From contig NZ_LQNT01000009.1 in NCBI RefSeq assembly GCF_001619585.1, positions 1,162,685-1,194,684 on the forward strand: 32,000 bases of DNA, in the 5' to 3' direction. Of the stretch, positions 7,347-14,319 are shown in pieces. Positions within the stretch are counted from its first letter, which is position 1. Each line of letters begins with the position of its first letter. The position numbers and the translations under genes are program-made. The stretch is from Bhargavaea cecembensis (GTDB lineage Bacteria; Bacillota; Bacilli; Bacillales_A; Planococcaceae). The notes beneath the pieces were generated by a model. That model did no database searches. It saw nothing but the letters and a program-made list of their open reading frames with translations, and was not told where the DNA came from.

Positions 7347-7650
7347 CGCGATGCGATATGTTGAGTTGCGGACGCGAACTTGTGACTTGCCGTCGCGGAA
7401 TGCTGTGCTGCAGGCGTGAATTTGCGAACTGCCGGCGCGAAAGCCGGTGCTGCGGACGCGAATTTGTGGGTTGCCGGCGCGAAATGCTGAGGTGCGGACG
7501 CAAAATCCAGTGCTGCGGGCGTGAATTTGTGACTTGCCGACGCGAAAGCCGGGGATGCGGACGCGAATTTGCGAACTGCCGGCGCGAAATAAGGACCTGC
7601 GGGCGCGAATCCGCCCCGTGCCACGCGAAAGCTGCCTTCAGACGCGCAAA
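7347..7650. repeat. Array of about 14 direct repeats with strict 21-bp phase in the nrdE 5' leader
   Basis: Plus-strand units beginning CGYGAA start at 7373, 7394, 7415, 7436, 7457, 7478, 7499, 7520, 7541, 7562, 7583 and 7604. Degenerate units start at 7347, 7624 and 7643. The conserved ends are CGYGAA and TGCSG, with variable 8-9 nt centres. Confidence 0.9.
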
Positions 7651-7684
7651 AGCCCCGCCCGAAGAAGATTCTTCGGCGGGGCTT
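7645..7684 (-). terminator. Intrinsic terminator forming the expression platform of the cobalamin riboswitch
   Basis: Minus strand reads GCCCCGCCGAAGAA-tc-TTCTTCGGGCGGGGC followed by TTTTGCG. The stem is GC-rich, about 14 bp, with one bulged C. Confidence 0.8.
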
Positions 7685-7799
7685 CCGCTGTTCGCGTGTG
7701 GGTAATGGAGGATCGGGGCCGGGGATAAATGAAGAGATGAATCAAAGATATGAATGGCCGGCGCCCGTTCGCTTCCACCTCTCAACCCCCGAAGAAAGT

Positions 7800-7958
7800 G
7801 TCGCTTGCGATGGGCGGCAGGTCTACTGGCTCGCGCTTCTTCCTCCCGCCGTCCTTCCCGCAGCAGGCTGCAGTGGATTCTTCGGCGGTCGTCGGCGCTC
7901 ACAGTTGCGGGGACAGCTCCGGCTTTTTCCGGATTCCCTATTAAACCGCGATCGGTAC
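7800..7958 (-). promoter_or_regulatory. Cobalamin (B12) riboswitch aptamer
   Basis: Minus strand reads GGTTTAATAGGGAATCCGGAAAAAGCCGGAGCTGTCCCCGCAACTGTGAGCG...GAATCCACTGCAGCC..GCGGGAAGGACGG...GAGCCAGTAGACCTGCCGCC. This matches the conserved core of cobalamin riboswitches: AATAGGGAA, GCxGxCCCGCAACTGT, the B12 box CCACTG, GGGAAG and AGACCTGCC. Compare the E. coli btuB leader. Confidence 0.85.
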
Positions 7959-7971
7959 CAACCCATCGTTA

Positions 7972-8019
7972 ATACTATATATAGTGTTGTTAACGCTCAT
8001 ATAGCCTAACATATTGTGT
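7972..8019. promoter_or_regulatory. Two tandem NrdR boxes
   Basis: Box 1 (7972-7987) is ATACTATATATAGTGT, a near-perfect match to the palindromic NrdR-box consensus acaCwAtATaTwGtgt. Box 2 (8004-8019) is GCCTAACATATTGTGT, with a good right half. The centres are 32 bp apart, which is the usual NrdR tandem spacing. Confidence 0.65.
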
Positions 8020-8024
8020 TTCAA
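7996..8024 (-). promoter_or_regulatory. Candidate nrd operon promoter overlapping the NrdR boxes
   Basis: Minus strand: TTGAAA (8019-8024), 17-nt spacer, TATGAG (7996-8001). The -10 is weak, so the call is tentative. Confidence 0.4.
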
Positions 8025-8189
8025 ACCTAAATAGGACGAAAGGCTATGAAAATTCGCGAAACGCGTCAACCACACACGGCTTCTACTATAACAGACATAT
8101 AGCGCTCCGCAAGACTGTCCGTTTATTCCACAAGCTTCAGCATCCAAGATCATTAAATTGAAACAGATGGACCCGTTTCAATTCTTTTT

Positions 8190-8819
8190 TCACTCTTCCA
8201 ACTCGACAATCGCCAGAGTAAATTCCAGATCTGCCTCCAGGTGCTCCTCCATCAGACGGCCTGCTTTTTCTGGGTCTCGTTCAGTGATGGCCTCGCAGAT
8301 TGCGGCGTGTTCGTCGAGGAGGCCCGGACGTTTATTGATGACGACCGCACGGCTGAACAGATAGATAATCGACTGCATGCGGCTGACGGTGTCAATCATC
8401 ACCGGGTTCCGCGTTTCCCGGACGATCAGGTCATGGAATCGCTTGTTCTCCCTGACAATCTCGGCGGAATCGTCACGGACTGCCTGTGCTTTCCGGACGG
8501 CTTCTTTCAGTTCTTCAAGATGGTCGTCAATCATGTAGGTTGCTGCCATCTGCGCTGCATGGACTTCAATGAGGATGCGCATCTTAAAATGGTCACGCAA
8601 TTCTTTGGTGCCGGGTTTGAAGACTTTTTTCCGCCGGACAAGGCCTTCCTGTTCAAGACGCCTGATGGCTTCCCTGACTGGCGTACGGCTCACGCCTATT
8701 TCTTCGGCCAGGCGCTCTTCGATCAGTTTCATTCCGCCCGGATAATTTCCGGTGACAATTTGTTCACGTATTTTTTCATAGGCAATCGCCTGTGCTGTAC
8801 CTCCAGTTCTCATCAGCAT
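8190..8819 (-). CDS. GntR-family transcriptional regulator, FadR/FCD subfamily
   Basis: The N-terminal wHTH (AYEKIREQIVTGNYPGGMKLIEERLAEEIGVSRTPVREAIRRLEQEGLV) is followed by an all-helical FCD-like C-terminal domain. The start may be the third codon (ATG at 8813), which has better SD spacing. Confidence 0.85.
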   Translation of the reverse strand: MLMRTGGTAQAIAYEKIREQIVTGNYPGGMKLIEERLAEEIGVSRTPVREAIRRLEQEGLVRRKKVFKPGTKELRDHFKMRILIEVHAAQMAATYMIDDHLEELKEAVRKAQAVRDDSAEIVRENKRFHDLIVRETRNPVMIDTVSRMQSIIYLFSRAVVINKRPGLLDEHAAICEAITERDPEKAGRLMEEHLEADLEFTLAIVELEE

Positions 8820-8891
8820 TTGCCCTCCCTTTTTTCTGTTTCTTCTCTTTACCTATCATACATTATTTTCATGTATACGCTTTCTTAAATT

Positions 8892-8901
8892 TTGTATACA
8901 A
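8892..8901. promoter_or_regulatory. Candidate GntR/FadR-type operator in the divergent promoter region
   Basis: TTGTATACAA is a perfect palindrome that fits the FadR-subfamily t.GT...AC.a pattern. A related half-copy, TGTATAC, lies at 8872-8878. A further dyad, ACAATTgaAATTGT, lies at 8924-8937. Confidence 0.4.
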
Positions 8902-8979
8902 TGCAGACAATTTATAGTACACTACAATTGAAATTGTGACTCATAGTTCACCTGAATTCCTCCAGGAGGTTATACTCAT

Positions 8980-9873
8980 ATGAAAATCGGATTTATCGGG
9001 CTCGGAATTATGGGCCGTCCCATGGCGTTGAATCTTGTTAAAGCAGGCTTTCAGGTAAAAGCCTTTGATCTGAACGAAGCTGCACGGAAGATGCTTGCGG
9101 AAGCAGGTGCCGAGGAAGCCGTTTCTCCCCGCGAGGCGGCAGACGGGACAGACATCATCATCACGATGCTGCCGAACGCGGCAATTGTGAAAAATGTCCT
9201 GTTCGGTGAAAACGGTGCGGCGCAAAAAGTGAGTGAAGGCGCAATTGTCGTCGACATGAGCTCTGTCTCTCCGGTGGATTCCGTGGAATGCGCGGAACGC
9301 TTGAAGGAGCGGGGCGTCCGCTTTATCGATGCCCCTGTTTCCGGCGGTGAGCCGAAGGCGATCGATGGCACACTTGCCATTATGGCAGGCGGAGATGAGG
9401 CAGCCTTTGAAGCAGTCCTTCCGGCATTCAAAGCGATGGGCTCAGAAGTGACCCATGTCGGCGGCATCGGCAGCGGTTCCACGACCAAGCTTGCCAACCA
9501 GATTCTCGTCAACGTGACGATTGCCGCAATGTCTGAAGCGGTCGTCCTTGCTTCCAAGGCCGGCGTCGACATCGGCAAAATGTATGAGGCGATCAAAGGC
9601 GGGCTCGCCGGAAGTGCCGTGCTCGATGCGAAGATTCCGATGGTGCTGGAACGCAACTTTGAGCCGGGCGGCCGGATCGACATCAACATGAAGGATTTGA
9701 CGAACGTCTATAACGCAGCGCGCGAGCTCGGCACACCGATGCCTCTCACCTCGCAGGTACTGGAAATGTTCCATTCGCTGAAGGCGAACGGGCATGCGAC
9801 GGATGATCACTCCGGGCTGATCCAGTATTACGAAAGGCTTGCAAACTACGAAGTGCCGAAAGGCGGGAAATAA
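8980..9873 (+). CDS. Beta-hydroxyacid dehydrogenase, GarR-like (2-hydroxy-3-oxopropionate/tartronate semialdehyde reductase family)
   Basis: 297 aa. MKIGFIGLGIMGRPMALNL, DAPVSGGEPKAIDGTLAIMAGGD, KLANQILV..IAAMSEA and GGLAGSAVLDAK..ERNF.PGGRID..KDL align closely, from memory, with E. coli GarR. The substrate cannot be fixed from sequence. Confidence 0.8.
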   Translation: MKIGFIGLGIMGRPMALNLVKAGFQVKAFDLNEAARKMLAEAGAEEAVSPREAADGTDIIITMLPNAAIVKNVLFGENGAAQKVSEGAIVVDMSSVSPVDSVECAERLKERGVRFIDAPVSGGEPKAIDGTLAIMAGGDEAAFEAVLPAFKAMGSEVTHVGGIGSGSTTKLANQILVNVTIAAMSEAVVLASKAGVDIGKMYEAIKGGLAGSAVLDAKIPMVLERNFEPGGRIDINMKDLTNVYNAARELGTPMPLTSQVLEMFHSLKANGHATDDHSGLIQYYERLANYEVPKGGK

Positions 9874-9875
9874 AA

Positions 9876-11297
9876 ATGGCAACACCAAATGAAATCGCAG
9901 AACAGCTGCCGGCATACGGGCCGGAACTGGAACAACTCTGGAAACAGGAGCGGGAATCGTTTGACCAAAAGATTATCGTCTTGGACGATGACCCGACCGG
10001 TGTCCAGACCGTGCACAATATCCCCGTCTTCACCGACTGGTCGGAGAAGACGATCCGTGCGGTATTCAGTGAGGAGCGCCAGATGGTGTTTATCCTGACG
10101 AACTCCCGTGCGTTTTCGGAGGACCAAACCAGGCAGGTACACCAGGACATCGCGGAGCGTGTTGCCCTCATCTCGAAGGAGACAGGCAAACCGTTCCTGA
10201 TCATCAGCCGAGGCGACTCCACGCTTCGCGGGCATTATCCCCTGGAGACCGAAACGCTACGGGACACGCTGGAGCAAAACCTGCCGGAAGCTATCGACGG
10301 GGAGATCCTGCTTCCCTTCTTCAAGGAGGGCGGCCGCGAGACAATTGGCGACGTTCACTATGTAAAGTCCGGAGACACCTATGTCCCTGCGGGGGAAACG
10401 GAGTTCGCGAAGGACCGCATGTTCGGCTACAAGAGCAGTGACCTGAAAGATTACGTGGAAGAAAAAACGTCTGGGGCATTCAAGGCTGAAGACGTCCTGT
10501 CCGTCACCCTTGATGAACTCCGGTCGCTTGATCTGGATTCGGTTACGGATAAGCTCATGTCCCTGAAAGGCTTCGGCAAGATAGTCGTGAATGCAGTGGA
10601 CGAAGAAGACGTCCGTGCATTCTCGATCGCCCTGCTCCGCGCGATGAAACAGGGCAAGCGGTTCATCTTCCGGACGGCTGCCGCATTCACGAAAGTGATC
10701 GGCGATGTGCCGTCCAAGCCGGTGCTCACAAAAGAAGAGCTCGTGTCGGAAGAGTCCGGTGGCCATGGCGGCCTCATCATCGTCGGCTCCCATGTGAAAA
10801 AGACGACCGAGCAGCTGGAGCAGTTAAAGACGCTGGACAACATCCGGTTTATCGAATTCCAAGTGAAGCTGGTTGCGGACCCGGAACAATTCAAAGAAGA
10901 AATTGCACGTATCCAGGACGCAGTCAATACCAGCATTGCGGAAGGAACGTCCGTCTGTGTCTACACCTCACGCGAGCGGCTTGACCTCGGAGATGGCCGG
11001 GAGGAAGAGGAGCTTGCCCAGTCCGTGAAAATCTCGGAGGCAGTGACGACTTTCGTGCGGAACTGCGACCCTCAGCCGGCCTATGTCATCGCAAAAGGCG
11101 GGATCACTTCGAGCGACGTCGGTACGAAGGGGCTGGGCGTCAAAAAAGCCGAAGTCCTGGGCCAGGCTGCGCCGGGCGTCCCTGTCTGGAAAACCGGAAA
11201 AGAAAGCGTATTTCCCGAAATCCCTTACATCATCTTCCCGGGTAACGTCGGAAATGCCGATACACTAAAAACAGTCGTTGCACGGCTGGAGTCCTAA
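9876..11297 (+). CDS. Four-carbon acid-sugar kinase family protein (DUF1537, YgbK/OtnK-like)
   Basis: 473 aa. The N-terminal VLDDDPTGVQTV motif and the C-terminal AKGGITSSD nucleotide-binding region are characteristic of DUF1537 kinases. The ATG is 2 nt after the dehydrogenase stop, which suggests translational coupling. Confidence 0.75.
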   Translation: MATPNEIAEQLPAYGPELEQLWKQERESFDQKIIVLDDDPTGVQTVHNIPVFTDWSEKTIRAVFSEERQMVFILTNSRAFSEDQTRQVHQDIAERVALISKETGKPFLIISRGDSTLRGHYPLETETLRDTLEQNLPEAIDGEILLPFFKEGGRETIGDVHYVKSGDTYVPAGETEFAKDRMFGYKSSDLKDYVEEKTSGAFKAEDVLSVTLDELRSLDLDSVTDKLMSLKGFGKIVVNAVDEEDVRAFSIALLRAMKQGKRFIFRTAAAFTKVIGDVPSKPVLTKEELVSEESGGHGGLIIVGSHVKKTTEQLEQLKTLDNIRFIEFQVKLVADPEQFKEEIARIQDAVNTSIAEGTSVCVYTSRERLDLGDGREEEELAQSVKISEAVTTFVRNCDPQPAYVIAKGGITSSDVGTKGLGVKKAEVLGQAAPGVPVWKTGKESVFPEIPYIIFPGNVGNADTLKTVVARLES

Positions 11298-11315
11298 AAG
11301 AAAGAAGGTACCCAT

Positions 11316-12665
11316 ATGGTCACGGGCAATCTGTTAATTGTCATCTTCCTCTTGTCGCTTGCTGCCCTGTTCTTCATGATCCTGAAACTGAAAGTCGATC
11401 CGTTTATCTCGCTGATCGCTGTTGCATTCGCAACGGCACTTGCACTCGGCTTCCCGCTCGCGGACATACCGGGCGTTGTGGCCGGAGGGTTCGGGAACAC
11501 GCTCGTCGGCGTCGGAATCCTGATCGGCCTGGGTGTCATCTTTGGCCAGTTCCTTGGTGCGTCCGGTGCCATCGAGAAAATTGCCGGTGCCGTGCTGAAA
11601 CTATTCGGGGTCAAGCGCTCCGCGGCCGGACTGTCGCTGACTGGCGTCGCCGTTTCAATTCCCGTGTTCTTTGATGCAGCTTTCGTCATCTTGAGCGGGC
11701 TTGTGCGGAGCCTGTCACGACGCACCGGCATCTCAATCGTCACCTTTGTTACCGCATTGGGCATCGGGCTGATCGTCTCCCACAGCATGATCGCCCCGAC
11801 GCCAGGTCCGATGGTCGTTGCGGAAAACACAGGCTCCGATCTCGGCCTGTTCATCGTGTACGGGCTGATTTGTGCGATACCGGCAGCACTGGTCGGAGGA
11901 TACCTGTATGGGACGTTCATCGGCAAGCGGATTCCTGGCACAATCGTCACGGAAGAAGACGTGGTTCAGGAAGAAGCAGCCGCCTACAAGAAAGAAATTT
12001 CCACAGGCCTGTCGTTCTTTATGCTCGCCCTGCCGATTGTCCTGATTCTCCTGAACACGATTACCCAGATCTGGCTCGAAGAAGGATCCACGCTGTCGAA
12101 CATTCTTGGCTTTATCGGGGATAAGAACGTCGCGCTCTTTATCAGTGTCATCGTCGCGATCATCATCCTGAAGCCATACATAAATGTTCCCTACAAGAGC
12201 CTTTACGATGAAGCGATCGAATCAGCCGGTATGATTATCCTCGTTACAGGTGCCGGCGGTGCATTCGGTGCGGTCATCAACCAGAGCGGTATCGGCGATC
12301 ACCTGATTGCAACGATGCAGGGCTGGAGCATTCCGGTTCTCGTTCTGGCATTTATATTTGCGCAGATTCTCCGGGCTTCTCTCGGTTCTGCGACAGTTGC
12401 CCTCGTCACGACCTCATCGATCATGGGTCCAATGGCTGTGGAACTCGGTGCATCGCCGATTCTCCTTGGTCTGGCCATCTGTGCAGGTGCAGTCGGTCTC
12501 TCTCTTCCAAACGACTCCGGCTTCTGGGTCGTCAACAAATTCGGCGGACTCACCATTCCGCAGACCATCCAGGCCTGGTCGCTCGGCGGCTTCATCGCCG
12601 GACTCACAGCACTTGCCATGGTCTATATCCTAAGCCTCTTCAGCGGCATCCTGCCGGGGCTCTGA
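11316..12665 (+). CDS. GntP-family (gluconate/acid-sugar:H+) permease
   Basis: 449 aa, polytopic and glycine/alanine-rich. It has the typical GntP N-terminus and length, and sits in an operon with the acid-sugar kinase. Confidence 0.8.
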   Translation: MVTGNLLIVIFLLSLAALFFMILKLKVDPFISLIAVAFATALALGFPLADIPGVVAGGFGNTLVGVGILIGLGVIFGQFLGASGAIEKIAGAVLKLFGVKRSAAGLSLTGVAVSIPVFFDAAFVILSGLVRSLSRRTGISIVTFVTALGIGLIVSHSMIAPTPGPMVVAENTGSDLGLFIVYGLICAIPAALVGGYLYGTFIGKRIPGTIVTEEDVVQEEAAAYKKEISTGLSFFMLALPIVLILLNTITQIWLEEGSTLSNILGFIGDKNVALFISVIVAIIILKPYINVPYKSLYDEAIESAGMIILVTGAGGAFGAVINQSGIGDHLIATMQGWSIPVLVLAFIFAQILRASLGSATVALVTTSSIMGPMAVELGASPILLGLAICAGAVGLSLPNDSGFWVVNKFGGLTIPQTIQAWSLGGFIAGLTALAMVYILSLFSGILPGL

Positions 12666-12670
12666 AAAAA

Positions 12671-12702
12671 GCGTCCGCGTTATGCGGGCGTTTTTGTTTT
12701 TG
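12671..12702 (+). terminator. Intrinsic terminator after the GntP permease gene
   Basis: GCGTCCGC-gttat-GCGGGCGT followed by TTTTTGTTTTTG. Confidence 0.75.
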
Positions 12703-12769
12703 TAAAGATCCTCATGGACATGCCGCCCCTCCCCCGTTCATACACTCATAGCAGAGGGGAGGACTGGCC

Positions 12770-13291
12770 ATGAAGCGAAAGATTCGCCTTTCAGAGCGGG
12801 GGCTGCTTTTGGGGCTTTACGCGATTCTTCTATTCATGCTCGTACAGGACTGGGTTCCGCTGGGTACGCTGAATGATGTCGATGCGGTCTCCCAGGTGCA
12901 TTCATTCAATGATCTGCTGACGGCGACGCTGATCAACGCCGGACAGATTGTGCTGCTGGTCTTTATTGTGCGGTTGTTCATCGGCAGGCGTTACCCGGTC
13001 TGGGCCAGACTCTGGCTCATCATCCACCAGGGATTCATTTTTGCGGGTGCGCTGATGGCATGGTGGATTCCGTATTTATTCGGGGTTGGTGCCGAGGAAA
13101 AGGCGGAGCCTTACTCCATCATGTTCGGAAGCACCCATGCCTTCCTTCCCGAAATGAACGGCATCGTCCCAAATTCCCTGCATACCGGTTTTCATGCCGT
13201 CCTGCTCATCTGCATCCTGCTCTCCCTCTATATTTCTTTTACCGGATCCACGAAAAAGAAGAAGAGAAAGAAAAGCCGGCGAACACACTGA
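12770..13291 (+). CDS. Hypothetical integral membrane protein with a polybasic C-terminal tail
   Basis: 173 aa with about 4-5 hydrophobic segments, ending STKKKKRKKSRRTH. A GGGGAGG SD lies 7 nt upstream of the ATG. I do not recognise the family. Confidence 0.6.
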   Translation: MKRKIRLSERGLLLGLYAILLFMLVQDWVPLGTLNDVDAVSQVHSFNDLLTATLINAGQIVLLVFIVRLFIGRRYPVWARLWLIIHQGFIFAGALMAWWIPYLFGVGAEEKAEPYSIMFGSTHAFLPEMNGIVPNSLHTGFHAVLLICILLSLYISFTGSTKKKKRKKSRRTH

Positions 13292-13314
13292 TCGGGTGTG
13301 CTCGCCGGCTTTTC
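13274..13314. terminator. Bidirectional intrinsic terminator between the hypothetical membrane gene and the SMR pair
   Basis: AAAAGCCGGCGAACACAC-tgatcg-GGTGTGCTCGCCGGCTTTTC. The stem overlaps the last codons of the plus-strand gene. Confidence 0.8.
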
Positions 13315-13378
13315 TCATGTCGGGCGATGATTCGGCTCTTAATATTAAGGTTGATTGACCCTAATGTTAGGACGCATG

Positions 13379-13693
13379 CTATTCCACCAGCTTTAAACCG
13401 ACCGCTGCACCGAGAATGATGAGGATGCACAGCACCCTGCGCCAGTCTCTCGATTCCCCGTAGAAGAACATGCCGGCGAGTGCGCCGCCGGATGCGCCGA
13501 TGCCGGTCCAGATGGCGTAGGCGGTGGACATCGGGATGAATTCCATGGCATAGGCAAGCAGGATGAAACTTGAACCGAATGTGCCCAGCAGCAGAAGGAG
13601 CGATTGGGCGTTCCGTTCCTTGTTCAGCCGGCTGATGCTCATGACACCGGCCGTTTCAAACAAGCCGGCGGCAATCAGTGAGAGCCATGCCAT
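13379..13693 (-). CDS. ykkD: SMR-family guanidinium exporter subunit (YkkD-like)
   Basis: 104 aa with four TM segments and the conserved membrane Glu (LFETAGV). A GAAGGAGGGG SD is present. The start overlaps the upstream SMR gene by 19 nt. Confidence 0.85.
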   Translation of the reverse strand: MAWLSLIAAGLFETAGVMSISRLNKERNAQSLLLLLGTFGSSFILLAYAMEFIPMSTAYAIWTGIGASGGALAGMFFYGESRDWRRVLCILIILGAAVGLKLVE

Positions 13694-14019
13694 TCTTCAT
13701 CCCCTCCTTCATCCGTCACAAGCTTCAGACCGATGACGCCCGCAAGCAGGACAGCGATCAACGCGAGTTTGGCAGGGTTCACCTGTGCGCCGAACAGAAT
13801 GATTTCAGCGATGACCGTACCTGCCGCACCGAGCCCGACGAACACCGCGTAGGCGGTCCCGACCGGAAGCGTTCGACCGGCGACAATAAGCAGGTAGAAG
13901 CTTACATAGATGGCTGCAGCGGTGCCCAGCCATTCGAGTACGCCATCCGCGTGCTTGAGCCCGATCACCCAGCCGACTTCAAAGATGGCTGCGACAATAA
14001 TTTTCCACCAGTCTTTCAT
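13675..14019 (-). CDS. ykkC: SMR-family guanidinium exporter subunit (YkkC-like)
   Basis: 114 aa starting from [18 protein letters not shown] at 14019, with a GAGGAGG SD 7 nt upstream. The track ORF starts 10 codons earlier, inside the riboswitch terminator tail. Confidence 0.85.
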   Translation of the reverse strand: MKDWWKIIVAAIFEVGWVIGLKHADGVLEWLGTAAAIYVSFYLLIVAGRTLPVGTAYAVFVGLGAAGTVIAEIILFGAQVNPAKLALIAVLLAGVIGLKLVTDEGGDEEWHGSH

Positions 14020-14068
14020 GCGGTTGTCCTCCTCTTGTCGTTTCCTCATCCTGCCTGATCAGCTGCTG

Positions 14069-14118
14069 CCCAAACAAAAAGCCCGGGAGCATGCTGATCC
14101 GACAGCATTCTCCCAGGC
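14069..14118 (-). terminator. Riboswitch-controlled intrinsic terminator (guanidine-I expression platform)
   Basis: Minus strand: GCCTGGGAGAATGCTG-tcggat-CAGCATGCTCCCGGGC followed by TTTTTGTTTGGG. The 5' arm overlaps the 3' end of the aptamer, the classic ON-switch architecture. Confidence 0.8.
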
Positions 14119-14215
14119 TTTTGTCCTTCCGTGGCACGGCAACAAAGCCGTGAGCCCCCTCTCGGACCAGTCCGGCGCGCTTGGCACCGCGGAACCCTAG
14201 GGGACATTTCGTATG
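14109..14215 (-). promoter_or_regulatory. Guanidine-I (ykkC) riboswitch aptamer
   Basis: Minus strand contains CTAGGGTTCCG, GGTCCGAGAG and ACGGAAGGACAAAAGCCTGGGAGA, the hallmark conserved blocks of the ykkC motif. It lies directly upstream of a paired SMR exporter. Confidence 0.9.
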
Positions 14216-14226
14216 AGGTTGGTTTC

Positions 14227-14254
14227 ATTATAGCAAATGGATGGCATGCGGCAA
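14227..14254 (-). promoter_or_regulatory. Predicted sigmaA promoter of the riboswitch-ykkCD unit
   Basis: Minus strand: TTGCCG (14249-14254), 16-nt spacer, extended -10 TGCTATAAT (14227-14235). Confidence 0.6.
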
Positions 14255-14319
14255 CTCATGGGCTTGGAGGACGGGAACGAACGTACAGCATCAGTCCTCG
14301 AAAGTACGCCCATGCCCCC

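Noticed and set aside
7347-7650. Whether the periodic array could be a CRISPR array
   Set aside because: The period is only 21 bp, made of a conserved core of about 12 nt and a variable centre of about 9 nt. That is far below CRISPR repeat and spacer sizes. The repeats are degenerate rather than identical, there are no cas genes in the window, and the array lies inside an mRNA leader.
7274-7902. Long ORFs crossing the repeat array and riboswitch: 7274-7624 (-), 7336-7902 (-), 7343-7705 (+). They have heptad-repeat translations such as KFASA.. or CRREF..
   Set aside because: They are open only because a stop-free 21-nt unit equals seven codons. The starts are GTG or TTG without convincing SD sites, the composition is low-complexity, and they overlap a recognisable riboswitch, a terminator and the nrdE start. 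A weak GAAGG lies 10 nt before the GTG at 7624, so only ribosome profiling could fully exclude a uORF.
8040-8095. A 17-codon ORF (ATGAAAATTCGCGAAACGCG...) upstream of the nrd promoter
   Set aside because: It has no credible SD. The sequence is better explained as a solitary copy of the AATTCGCG repeat core.
8155-8190. The hairpin AATTGAAAC-N10-GTTTCAATT immediately after the GntR gene stop, as a terminator
   Set aside because: The T-run (TCTTTTTT) is on the plus strand, where no gene ends. On the minus strand the stem is followed only by TTAATG. It may be a weak terminator for the GntR gene but is not convincing enough to list as a feature.
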